A stretch of 64,000 nucleotides of DNA from an uncultured Caldisericota bacterium (GCA_964427915.1 CAYRWA010000001.1:65619-129618); one strand, 5' to 3'. Shown: positions 22,005 through 31,119, counted from the stretch's first letter. Notes: generated by a model not told the origin, from the sequence alone. Made by a program: numbers and translations.

Positions 22005-23229
22005 TCTGCTTTTGATACTCTTTTAACACAGACAAAACGGTATCAATGTCGGATGCAGTATGCTCACCCGATATTTGGAAACGAATTTCTTCATCTCCTT
22101 TGGGTACTACAGGATAGTTTAATCCGGTAGCCAAAATACCATTTTTCTCCAAAAAAGCGACAATTTCAGAAGTCTTTTTCGTATCTCGCACCATTAAAGG
22201 TACTACTGGGTGTTCTCCTGGAAGAGTTTCATATCCAATATCAACAATCCCTTGTTTGAACTTTTTAGTCATAGTACGAAGATGGGCTAATATACCCTTT
22301 CCTTCTTCGCTTTTCAAAATCTCCAAGGCTTTAAGAGCAGCTGCCGCTTCCCCAGGTGATATAGGATTGGAATAAATATACGTAGGAGCTTTTTGGTGAA
22401 GATATTCAACAACCGTACTTGAGGTAACGGTATATCCACCATTCACGCCAAATGCTTTCCCAAGGGTTCCAATTAAAACATCTACGCCCGTGGCATTTGT
22501 ATATTCAATTGTTCCTTTGCCGTTTTGGCCAAAAGCACCTACACCATGAGAGTCATCTACTACAAGAACAACACCATCTTTAAAATGAGAATCAAATTGG
22601 TCACAAATGGTAGAGATTTCATCCAAGGGAGCATGGTCGCCGCGCATAGAAAAAATTCCGTCTGTAACGACAATGACTCGATCGCATTGCCCTTTAGATT
22701 TTTCAAGGCAATTCTTTAAATCTTCCATATCCAAATGCTTATAGATATGCTTTGCCTTTGGTCTTGCCATTCGCATCGCATTAATGATACAGTTATGGTT
22801 TAACTCATCGCTAACCACAATGGTGTCTGAAGAAATGATCGAAGCCATCACGCCTAAGGTTGTCATATAGGCAGAGCTAAAAAGCATTCCTGCTTCCATT
22901 CCGTGGAATCCAGCTAAACCTTTTTCTAGTTCTAAATGGATGTCATAGGATCCAGAAATAAACCTAACAGCTCCAGGTCCAAGGCCATATTTTGCAGTGG
23001 CTTCTTCTTCGACCTTTTTTAAGTCATCTCTTTGGGATAAACCCAAATAGGAATTGGAGTTCATTTTAATAAACTCTTGATCATACCCTTTCACTTTAAA
23101 TCTGGGGCCACGGTCTCCTGTAGCTTTAATGACATCATAAATCACCATTTCTGGTTTTTTAGCTGTCCCCATTTTTTTCAGTTCTTCAATCTCGTTTCCG
23201 AGTGTCTGATTTAACCTTTTGATAGACAT
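21997..23229 (-). CDS. kbl: 2-amino-3-ketobutyrate CoA ligase (glycine C-acetyltransferase)
   Basis: Alpha-oxoamine synthase motifs (NSYLGL, DDSHGVGAFG) and the PLP lysine context GTLGKAFG. It is adjacent to an SDR-type tdh. Confidence 0.85.
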   Translation of the reverse strand: MSIKRLNQTLGNEIEELKKMGTAKKPEMVIYDVIKATGDRGPRFKVKGYDQEFIKMNSNSYLGLSQRDDLKKVEEEATAKYGLGPGAVRFISGSYDIHLELEKGLAGFHGMEAGMLFSSAYMTTLGVMASIISSDTIVVSDELNHNCIINAMRMARPKAKHIYKHLDMEDLKNCLEKSKGQCDRVIVVTDGIFSMRGDHAPLDEISTICDQFDSHFKDGVVLVVDDSHGVGAFGQNGKGTIEYTNATGVDVLIGTLGKAFGVNGGYTVTSSTVVEYLHQKAPTYIYSNPISPGEAAAALKALEILKSEEGKGILAHLRTMTKKFKQGIVDIGYETLPGEHPVVPLMVRDTKKTSEIVAFLEKNGILATGLNYPVVPKGDEEIRFQISGEHTASDIDTVLSVLKEYQKQNG

Positions 23230-23238
23230 ATGTTCCTC

Positions 23239-24186
23239 CTACGCTAGTTTTTTTCGAAGATTATCTAACATGTCTTGTGTCATCATGTCCATTGTGAACT
23301 CTGGCTTCCAGTCCCATTCTTTTTGGGCAGCACTGTCGTCTAAACTATTGGGCCATGAATCAGCAATGCTCTGACGGACAGGATCAATTTCATAATTCAT
23401 AACAAACTCGGGGACATGCTTTTTAATATTATCCGCTAATTTTGCTGGGGTCATTGACATAGCTGTCACATTAAAAGCATTTCTATGAATCAGCCGTGAA
23501 GGATCTGCTTCCATTAGTTTAATGGATGCGCTTACGGCATCTGGCATATACATCATATCCAATGAGGTATCTTCCTTCAAAAAACAGGTATACTCTTTTT
23601 TTAGAATCGCTTGATAATAGATATCTACGGCATAATCAGTCGTTCCGCCCCCAGGAAGGGTTTTCCAAGAAATAATTCCAGGATAGCGCAATCCCCTACT
23701 ATCAAGACCATACTTAAGATAATAGTAATCACAAAGAATCTCTCCAGCTACCTTTGTTACACCATACATCGAGGTAGGTCTTTGGATAGTATCCTGTGGA
23801 GTATTGTCTTTTGGAGAACTTGGTCCAAATGCAGCAATAGAACTAGGCACAAAAACAGAACAATTGAAGTCCCTAGCCGTTTCAAGAATCTGATACAAAC
23901 CATTCATATTCACATCCCATGCTAACTGAGGATTGCTTTCCCCTTTTGCAGAAAGAATGGAAGCCATATGATAGATTTGATTGATATTGTATTTCTTCAC
24001 TACTTCTCTAAGTCTGCTTGCATCTGTTGTATCAATAATTTCATGAGGACCTTCTTCGAGTATTTCATTCGCTCTTTCGCGAATATACGATACCACAACA
24101 GAATCTGTTCCATACACATTTCGTAATTCCAAAGAAAGTTCAGTTCCAATTTGTCCCAAAGCACCAGTAACAAGAATTCTTTTCAT
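23239..24186 (-). CDS. tdh: L-threonine 3-dehydrogenase, extended-SDR (GalE-like) type
   Basis: ILVTGALGQIGTEL Rossmann motif and YGVTK (YxxxK). It is paired with kbl. Confidence 0.8.
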   Translation of the reverse strand: MKRILVTGALGQIGTELSLELRNVYGTDSVVVSYIRERANEILEEGPHEIIDTTDASRLREVVKKYNINQIYHMASILSAKGESNPQLAWDVNMNGLYQILETARDFNCSVFVPSSIAAFGPSSPKDNTPQDTIQRPTSMYGVTKVAGEILCDYYYLKYGLDSRGLRYPGIISWKTLPGGGTTDYAVDIYYQAILKKEYTCFLKEDTSLDMMYMPDAVSASIKLMEADPSRLIHRNAFNVTAMSMTPAKLADNIKKHVPEFVMNYEIDPVRQSIADSWPNSLDDSAAQKEWDWKPEFTMDMMTQDMLDNLRKKLA

Positions 24187-24303
24187 GAAAACCTCCGGTC
24201 ATAACTAATTTTTCATACAATACGGATTCAAAAATCCAACAAACAATATAGTATGATTTTTAAAAAAAAACACATCGAAATACGGTGGCTTATTGTAAGG
24301 TTT

Positions 24304-25521
24304 TTAAAAACCTCCCTGCTGATTTGGTAAAATCCATTGATCCAAGTATATATCACATTTCTCAGAAAAAAATTCATTGGTAGAAAAGGCTGAGTATACA
24401 TTAATATTTGACCCCACCTGATCAATACGACTAACAAGGCGATTGCCTCGAATAGCTTGCATTTGAATGACAGAATATGGCTCCATTTGTTCTTCAATCC
24501 TGCGTTGCACAGAAGGATTCCATTTTGTAATCAACGTATTGTCATAAAAACCCAAAATAGGATATACAGGTTGAGGTTTTCTAAGATGGATCCCTCTTCG
24601 AATTAAAGAGCTTTCGCGATCGGATGTTCCAAACAAGTAGTTGTAAAACATGTCTATATAGTTATTCACCGTTTCAAAATTGTTTCGTTTGTGTGAATCA
24701 ATACTATACGATTGAACACCAACGGGATGTTTTTGCGTTAACAACAGACAATTGTCATAATACAATTCCCGGGAAGGATCTCTTTCATCAAGACTCCAGT
24801 CTAATATACTTTCGGTATGTTTCTTCAGTAGAAAACGATTGTTTTCTAGAGATCCTGTAAAAAGATATCGTACTCTCTCAATAACTCCCTCACCAACAAG
24901 GTATGGTGTTTTATTCTTCCACGTCAATGACAGGGGAACAAAGTGAGAGACAGAAGAATTTTTTTCCTCAAAAGAAAGAGGCACAACCGAAGTTTTTTTA
25001 TTGCGAAGCCACATCTCGACAAAATATTCATCAGAAACAACCGATCGATCGAGCAAATAATACAAATCCGACGAAGGATCATCGAGAATTTGAGCTTCCT
25101 CTGGGAAATTAGCCTGAAACTCAATGATTTCAAAAAAGGGATTGGTCGTTTGAACGTATAAATTACCACCTTTGTTTTTGGAAGTAACAAATATTCGTCG
25201 ATGTCCCTGCCATCGCACAATGCAGTCTCCTTCAATATAGCCAATCGATGAATTATCACGGGTAAGATTGTTTAGATCAAGGTCCCAAACTCCCAATGAA
25301 AGCACTTTTCTAGTTTCATGCAGAGGGTCCTGCTCTTTGATTAAAAAAGGAATACGATTCTGGGTTAGTTCCAGACTATAGGACACACTTTTTGGTAAAA
25401 ACGTAGTGTGGGCTACGAAAAGAAGAAGAAATGTATAAAGAATCATGACACCTAAGGCAACAAATAAAACAGGGGGGTATCGGTGCGGTGGTTCAGTAGA
25501 AAATGAGGGGTTCTTCATCAT
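24304..25521 (-). CDS. Hypothetical N-terminally membrane-anchored protein
   Basis: 405-aa ORF with a TM helix (VLFVALGVMILYTFLLLFVA). I recognise no motif. Confidence 0.6.
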   Translation of the reverse strand: MMKNPSFSTEPPHRYPPVLFVALGVMILYTFLLLFVAHTTFLPKSVSYSLELTQNRIPFLIKEQDPLHETRKVLSLGVWDLDLNNLTRDNSSIGYIEGDCIVRWQGHRRIFVTSKNKGGNLYVQTTNPFFEIIEFQANFPEEAQILDDPSSDLYYLLDRSVVSDEYFVEMWLRNKKTSVVPLSFEEKNSSVSHFVPLSLTWKNKTPYLVGEGVIERVRYLFTGSLENNRFLLKKHTESILDWSLDERDPSRELYYDNCLLLTQKHPVGVQSYSIDSHKRNNFETVNNYIDMFYNYLFGTSDRESSLIRRGIHLRKPQPVYPILGFYDNTLITKWNPSVQRRIEEQMEPYSVIQMQAIRGNRLVSRIDQVGSNINVYSAFSTNEFFSEKCDIYLDQWILPNQQGGF

Positions 25522-25524
25522 ACA

Positions 25525-26058
25525 CTAGTAAGGATAATAAGGCTCTAAAGTATTAACTAACTCATGGACGTGTTCTTCATCAGAAAAAATAACCAAAACA
25601 GAACATGTCTTGCCATTGTAATACGAAGGATTTGATAATTGTGTAACATAGCACACGGGATGATCCTCTCCAATAGTCAGTGATTCGTCAGGGTAAATAT
25701 AATAACCAATTCTGGATTGAACAATACATTTTTCTTTTTTTGGTTGCTCTCCAAACAGTAGACAGTTATCGGACAGGACACACTCAACAGTTGAAGATAA
25801 GTCTTCGTGCAAAGGCAATGCATTGATAACAAAAAAGCCACTTTTTCCTTTGTATTGAGTAGGATAGCCTTGAATATGCCCGGAAGGTTGTGCAGTCCAT
25901 TCAGATGGGTACTCAAATTGGATTCGCAAAATAGGGTTTTGATACAGAGTGCTTCCTTCCGCTTTTTTTGCAAAGTGAAGAGAATAAAACCAATAAAATA
26001 CAATAGCAACAAGAAGCAAAACAACGAGTAGAAGAAACAACCACTTTTTTGTTTTCAT
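25525..26058 (-). CDS. Hypothetical N-terminally anchored exported protein
   Basis: An RBS (gggtgg) precedes MKTKKW. It has a TM helix and the motif NPILRIQFEYPSEWT, which is shared with the lipoprotein at 47507. Confidence 0.6.
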   Translation of the reverse strand: MKTKKWLFLLLVVLLLVAIVFYWFYSLHFAKKAEGSTLYQNPILRIQFEYPSEWTAQPSGHIQGYPTQYKGKSGFFVINALPLHEDLSSTVECVLSDNCLLFGEQPKKEKCIVQSRIGYYIYPDESLTIGEDHPVCYVTQLSNPSYYNGKTCSVLVIFSDEEHVHELVNTLEPYYPY

Positions 26059-26161
26059 ATATGTACCACCCAAAATTCTTGCATCTAGAACCCAGCATTA
26101 ATTAGCTACATCATATTTATACATGTTTTTTCATCAATTAGAAGCTCAAAATAATTTTTGC

Positions 26162-26189
26162 TTGCATTTCACAATTTTTTACATATATT
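26162..26189 (+). promoter_or_regulatory. Putative promoter for the tRNA-Ile/tRNA-Ala pair
   Basis: TTGCAT (26162-26167), a 16-nt spacer, TATATT (26184-26189). It lies about 18 nt upstream of the tRNA-Ile 5' end. Confidence 0.35.
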
Positions 26190-26206
26190 CAAAAGGGCAA
26201 TTGTTC

Positions 26207-26283
26207 GGGCCTCTAGCTCAGTTGGTTAGAGCGCATCCCTGATAAGGATGAGGTCCCTGGTTCGAATCCAGGGAGGCCCACCA
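26207..26283 (+). tRNA. tRNA-Ile (GAU)
   Basis: Hand-folded cloverleaf: GGGCCTC/GAGGCCC acceptor, CATCC-CTGATAA-GGATG anticodon arm, TTCGAAT T loop. CCA is encoded. Confidence 0.95.
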
Positions 26284-26302
26284 TAACTGCTTTTTTTATA
26301 AT

Positions 26303-26375
26303 GGGGGTGTAGTTCAGCTGGGAGAACGCCTCGCTTGCACCGAGGAGGTCAGCGGTTCGAATCCGCTCATCTCCA
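26303..26375 (+). tRNA. tRNA-Ala (UGC)
   Basis: GGGGGTG acceptor with the G3:U70 identity pair, and a CCTCG-CTTGCAC-CGAGG anticodon arm. CCA is not encoded. Confidence 0.95.
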
Positions 26376-26392
26376 TTCCTCTGGAGGATTTA

Positions 26393-27550
26393 ATGAGAAA
26401 AATAGTATCAGCTACATTAGTATTGTTTTTGTGCTTCTCAGTTATGTCATCTTTTTCTAATGTCACTGCTGCATCCAAAGCGTCTATTCGGCTTACAACA
26501 GATGCAGACAATATTTACATTGGTACAGAATTCACTATTCAATATACAATTGAAGATGCTGATGATGTATGGGCTATCGGATTTGATGCCTTGTATGAAA
26601 AAGATAAATTTGAACTGGTCAGTGTAAAAGAAGGCGATTTCTTAGAACAAGGCAAGACAACAACCCTTCCTGTCTATAACGATAGAAAAGAAGAAGGGGT
26701 GATCATTTTTGGTATTACTCGCACCGGAGAATCTGAAGGAGTTGATGGTGAGGGCACCATTATTCAGTTTGTTTTCAAAGCTCTTGAAATGGGAACTTAC
26801 AAATTCAATATCAAAAACGTCTACGTCAAAGATCCTGCCGGCGCTGACATTAAAACAGACATTCACCCACTTGAAGTAGAAGTAACTGAAGAAGACACAG
26901 AACCTCCTTTCCTAGAAGTAACCGAAATTGGTATTGTTGCCGATGAAATCATCAATATTGAAGGTAAAACAGAACCAGAAGCTTCTGTCACTATTAACGA
27001 GGAAGAAGTAACCGTTGAAGAAGATGGTTCCTTCATCCATGAAGTTTCTCTTGTTGTGGGCGAAAATGACTTTGTCATTATCGCCAAAGACCTTGCTGGA
27101 AACGAAACCAAAGAGACGCTTACTGTAACCTATATTGAAAGAGTTGTTTTAAAGCTTCAAATTGGGAATAAAACAGTTATTGTTAACGACAAGCCAGTTG
27201 AAATTGAAGCAGCTCCTTTTGTTGACAAAAACTCCGGTCGTACATTAGTTCCTATCCGTATTGTAGCAGAATCTGTTGGAGCCGAAATTGGATGGGAAGG
27301 AACAGAAAGAAAAATTACTCTAATCCAGGGAGATACTATTATCGAGCTTTGGATTGGCAAACCTATTGCGGAAGTAAACGATGTTCCTACCCCCATTGAT
27401 GTAAATGCTCCCAATCTCTCCCCTACGGTAGTAAATGGAAGAACCGTTCTTCCTTTACGTTTTGTAGCTGAAAATTTAGGGTGTGCAATTGGATGGGATG
27501 GTACTACTCAAACCATCACATTAACGTATCCAGACCCTGAAATCATGTAA
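26393..27550 (+). CDS. Secreted protein: cohesin-like domain, Ig-like domain and a C-terminal copper-amine-oxidase-N-like double repeat
   Basis: Signal peptide. Cohesin-like pattern (IYIGTEFTIQYTIED...FDALYEKDKFELVSVKEGDFL...GTIIQFVFKAL). Ig-like unit (IEGKTEPEASVTINEEEVTVEEDGSF...GENDFVIIAKDLAGN). C-terminal repeats (GRTLVPIRIVAESVGAEIGW, GRTVLPLRFVAENLGCAIGWDG). Confidence 0.75.
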   Translation: MRKIVSATLVLFLCFSVMSSFSNVTAASKASIRLTTDADNIYIGTEFTIQYTIEDADDVWAIGFDALYEKDKFELVSVKEGDFLEQGKTTTLPVYNDRKEEGVIIFGITRTGESEGVDGEGTIIQFVFKALEMGTYKFNIKNVYVKDPAGADIKTDIHPLEVEVTEEDTEPPFLEVTEIGIVADEIINIEGKTEPEASVTINEEEVTVEEDGSFIHEVSLVVGENDFVIIAKDLAGNETKETLTVTYIERVVLKLQIGNKTVIVNDKPVEIEAAPFVDKNSGRTLVPIRIVAESVGAEIGWEGTERKITLIQGDTIIELWIGKPIAEVNDVPTPIDVNAPNLSPTVVNGRTVLPLRFVAENLGCAIGWDGTTQTITLTYPDPEIM

Positions 27551-27570
27551 AGATACTATACCACTAATGA

Positions 27571-27600
27571 AAAGCCCGGGATTTTCCCCGGGCTTTTTTC
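27571..27600 (+). terminator. Rho-independent terminator
   Basis: GC-rich 7-bp stem gcccggg (27574-27580) / cccgggc (27587-27593), a 6-nt loop, then T6. Confidence 0.85.
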
Positions 27601-27612
27601 ATATCGGCGTAT

Positions 27613-29646
27613 ATGTCAAAAAAATACTACTATCAAGCCATTGTAAAAAACTTTCCCTCCTTCTCTGGCCAATGCTTTACATACACTTCTCATGAAACCC
27701 TACCATTTGGCTCTCGCGTTCTTGTTCCGTTTGGTTCTATCCAACAAATACGCCAAGGCATTGTACTTGGTGAAACATCTTCTTTTGAACAAGATTCTTT
27801 ATCTAGCTCAACGGACATACCAAAAGATATTCACTGCGTTTTAACAAAAGAACCTCAAATCACACATCACCATTTTTCTTTTTTCCATTTGGTATCCATG
27901 TACAACCTTATACCAATCCACTCCCTTTTTCTTCGAGCAGGCTTGTTTGCTGCTCAGTGGAATCCGCAAACATTGTACCAAATTCATTTCGATCAACTCG
28001 ACAAGTTGCAGTATTTCAAACAAGAAAAAGCATTGCGAAGTTTCCTCCAAAAGCACCCACAAGGTTTCACTCCTTCTGCAATTCAAAAAGCATTACAAAT
28101 ACGAAAAAATTCCACGGTTCTAAAAAAAATGGAAACCGTGGGGATTGTAGATAAAATTTTTCAACCTCCCCAAACCACTCTTTCCGAAACATCTTCATCG
28201 GTAGATGCCATCGAAACAAATCCCACAGTATGCCTGCTTAACGGGCTTTCTCCTTTTCTTCGAATGAGCTTCTATAAACAGTACATCCACCAACATTTTC
28301 ATGAAAAAGATGTTCTCATTATCGTCCCCAATGCAACATCAAAAAAAGCCTACAATACATTTTTTAAAAAGCAGCCCTATGTGGAGATAGGAACGCGAGA
28401 TCGAATTTTTGAACCAAAACAAAGATATTCGCTCATTGTTATCGAGGATTCAACATCACCAGAATACCACCTGGAAGTACCCTTCTATATCCATATTGAA
28501 AAAACCACTTTGATGAGACATCAAGAGCTATCAGAACAGATTGTTTTTGGCAGTTATCTACCCTCGGTCTTCACATATTCTGAACTGCGAAGACGCAATT
28601 TTCAACATATCTCTCTCCCCCGTCAAAAAGATCCTGAAAATCTTATTGCACCAACAATTCAATTTCTCGATATGAAAAAGGAAATTGTAGACCATGGGTA
28701 CTCCTTACTTCCTTTTTCTATACAAAAAAAGATTCAACACACCCTTGCATCTGGAGAAAAAGTTCTCCTCTACATGCACCGAAAGGGATATTACAATCTA
28801 TCAATATGTACGCATTGTGGGTACGTTATGAAGTGTCCGTTATGTGGTGTTCCCTTATCTTACCAACCCTTAACCAACAAACTAACATGTCGATACTGCG
28901 GTCAAGCAAACCCAAGAAAAAATGCATGCCCAGAATGCCACCACAACACGATTGCCTTGCGAAGCCCGGGAACAAGCAAAATAGAAGAGTTCGCTAAAAC
29001 ACATTTTCCCGCTGCACGAATTCTTCGGATTGATCGTTCACTTCCTACACATTCACCCGAAGAGGTTGCTTCCTCAACATTGTATATTGGAACCCAAAAA
29101 GTGTTCCAAGAGGTCGATCTGAAAACCGTTCATCTGGTTGTATTTGTGGAAATTGATTCTTTGCTGAACACTCCCTCTTTTTCATCCCAAGAAAAAGTAT
29201 TGCAGTCGATCTCACACATGTATGAACATGGTTTCAATAAGCACCACTCTCAGCATATTGTAATCCCAACTTTCGCACCGAAAAGCGAGTTGTTTCGGTG
29301 TATACATAAAAAGACCCTACAAGACTATTATGAAACCGAGCTGCAAACAAGAAACCAATTTGGCTACCCACCTTTTGTTGATATGATGGAAATTTCAATA
29401 CATCATAAAAGCCAAGAGATCGTAATCCAAAAAACACAGGAGTTACGGGAACAAATTCGTGCTATAGATGGTATAATTATAGTGAGTGACAAAGTACTAG
29501 TAGGAAAAAGTCCCCACGGGATTTTTCAATCGAGTATAATATATCGAAGTGAAAATGTGATAGAGTTTCACCAAAAGATTGCCCCTCTATTGGATGCCCT
29601 CAACAAAGAAAGCGGCATCCGTATTTATAGTAGAAATTTGGAGTAA
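27613..29646 (+). CDS. priA: PriA-like primosomal protein N' with degenerate helicase motifs
   Basis: Cys-rich zinc region CTHCG..CPLCG...CRYCG...CPECH, the PriA-like N-terminal FTYTS..PFGSRVLVPFG, and the priA-def-fmt gene order. Walker A, Walker B and motif VI are not conserved (see findings). Confidence 0.75.
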   Translation: MSKKYYYQAIVKNFPSFSGQCFTYTSHETLPFGSRVLVPFGSIQQIRQGIVLGETSSFEQDSLSSSTDIPKDIHCVLTKEPQITHHHFSFFHLVSMYNLIPIHSLFLRAGLFAAQWNPQTLYQIHFDQLDKLQYFKQEKALRSFLQKHPQGFTPSAIQKALQIRKNSTVLKKMETVGIVDKIFQPPQTTLSETSSSVDAIETNPTVCLLNGLSPFLRMSFYKQYIHQHFHEKDVLIIVPNATSKKAYNTFFKKQPYVEIGTRDRIFEPKQRYSLIVIEDSTSPEYHLEVPFYIHIEKTTLMRHQELSEQIVFGSYLPSVFTYSELRRRNFQHISLPRQKDPENLIAPTIQFLDMKKEIVDHGYSLLPFSIQKKIQHTLASGEKVLLYMHRKGYYNLSICTHCGYVMKCPLCGVPLSYQPLTNKLTCRYCGQANPRKNACPECHHNTIALRSPGTSKIEEFAKTHFPAARILRIDRSLPTHSPEEVASSTLYIGTQKVFQEVDLKTVHLVVFVEIDSLLNTPSFSSQEKVLQSISHMYEHGFNKHHSQHIVIPTFAPKSELFRCIHKKTLQDYYETELQTRNQFGYPPFVDMMEISIHHKSQEIVIQKTQELREQIRAIDGIIIVSDKVLVGKSPHGIFQSSIIYRSENVIEFHQKIAPLLDALNKESGIRIYSRNLE

Positions 29647-29650
29647 TGGA

Positions 29651-30172
29651 ATGTTGCAAGTTATTACATATGGTCATCCATTGTTACGAAAAAAAGCGAA
29701 GTCCGTCACAAAAATAGATGCGAAAATTCAGAAAATCGTAGAAGATATGGTCTACACAATGAGAAACAACCGAATCAAAGGATGTGGCTTAGCAGCCCCT
29801 CAAGTAGGCATTTCTTTACGTATTGCCGTTGTAGAACCTGTTGAAAATCACCTTTTTTATCTGATCAATCCAGAAATTGTATCAAAAAAAGGATCGCATT
29901 TTGATACGGAAGGTTGTTTGAGTGTTCCCGGAACCTACGGTTCCGTTGAACGTTCTACAGGAATTATATATACTTCCTTGGATTTTCAGACAGGTAAAAA
30001 AAAGATGTTTCGAGCAGATGATTTTACTGCTCGAGTCATTCAACACGAAATAGATCATTTAAATGGAATCTTCTTTACAGACTATATTCAAGCGCTGGAT
30101 CAATTAGAATTTATCAAAGGAGAGAAAATTCCTTCTCAGCTTTTACAGAAGTACAAAGAACAAATGCAATGA
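29651..30172 (+). CDS. def: Peptide deformylase
   Basis: GCGLAAPQVG, EGCLSVPG and QHEIDHLNG. The start is taken at MLQVITYGHP, just after the priA stop. Confidence 0.95.
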   Translation: MLQVITYGHPLLRKKAKSVTKIDAKIQKIVEDMVYTMRNNRIKGCGLAAPQVGISLRIAVVEPVENHLFYLINPEIVSKKGSHFDTEGCLSVPGTYGSVERSTGIIYTSLDFQTGKKKMFRADDFTARVIQHEIDHLNGIFFTDYIQALDQLEFIKGEKIPSQLLQKYKEQMQ

Positions 30173-31119
30173 CAATATCAACGGTTTTCTTTGGCTCCAG
30201 TTCCTTTTCGCTACCATTTTTAGAATGGACCTACCGTAACACCGAACTAAAAGGTGTCGTTACCCTCCCCGATACAACTCAAAAAAGAGGCTTAAAAAAA
30301 CAACCCAGTCCAGTAAAACAATTTGCTTCGTCTCTGTCAATGCCCGTTATTACACCAATCAATCTGCAAGATACATCGTTTTTAACCCGTCTTCAAGATT
30401 GCAACGCTGCCCTTTTTATAACAGCCTCCTATGGCAAAATTCTTCCTGCAAAAGTACTCACGATTCCTTCCTTATTCTCTATCAACATTCACCCCTCTCT
30501 TCTACCCGAGTATAGGGGTGCTGATCCATTGTTTTGGCAAATAGCGCACCGGGTTCAAAAAACCGGAGTTACTCTATTTCAAATGCTGCCCTCCCTTGAC
30601 AATGGTCCTATTTTGAAACAAGAGTCTTTTCCTCTAGAAGAAAACGACACCTATGAATCTCTAGAAAAAAAGGCAATTCAATGTGGCATCACACTTCTTG
30701 AACAACTCCTAGAAGACATTCAAAACAACCGCCCATTACATCCGGTAAAGCAACCTCTCCAATGCTCCTTTTATGCTCGCAAACGTACGTCTGCTGATGA
30801 GCAAATCAAATGGGACTCCTCAGCCAAAGAAATTGACGCATTCATCCGTGCATTTCCCCCAGATGTTGCTGCCTATACATGGTTTAAAGAAAAAAGAGTA
30901 AAGATATTGCAAGCAACAATAGGATCAATCCCTCCCATCAACGATACTAAACCAGGTCACATCGTGCTCCATGAAAAAAAAGTATATGTAGTTTGCCAAG
31001 ATGGATTTATTCAGCTGCTCAGGGTAAAAATAGAAGGCAAGTCTGCAATGAGCGCAAAAGACTTTGTAAACGGCTATCTTCGTAATTCTGCTGTTCATTT
31101 TTTTTCTTTTCATGAGTAA
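30169..31119 (+). CDS. fmt: Methionyl-tRNA formyltransferase
   Basis: INIHPSLLPEYRGADPL motif and an ATGA overlap with def. Confidence 0.9.
   Translation: MTISTVFFGSSSFSLPFLEWTYRNTELKGVVTLPDTTQKRGLKKQPSPVKQFASSLSMPVITPINLQDTSFLTRLQDCNAALFITASYGKILPAKVLTIPSLFSINIHPSLLPEYRGADPLFWQIAHRVQKTGVTLFQMLPSLDNGPILKQESFPLEENDTYESLEKKAIQCGITLLEQLLEDIQNNRPLHPVKQPLQCSFYARKRTSADEQIKWDSSAKEIDAFIRAFPPDVAAYTWFKEKRVKILQATIGSIPPINDTKPGHIVLHEKKVYVVCQDGFIQLLRVKIEGKSAMSAKDFVNGYLRNSAVHFFSFHE

Noticed and set aside
26207-27550. tRNA genes as an integration site for a mobile island carrying the cohesin-like gene.
   Set aside because: No integrase and no direct repeat of a tRNA 3' end were seen downstream. A normal terminator and priA follow immediately.
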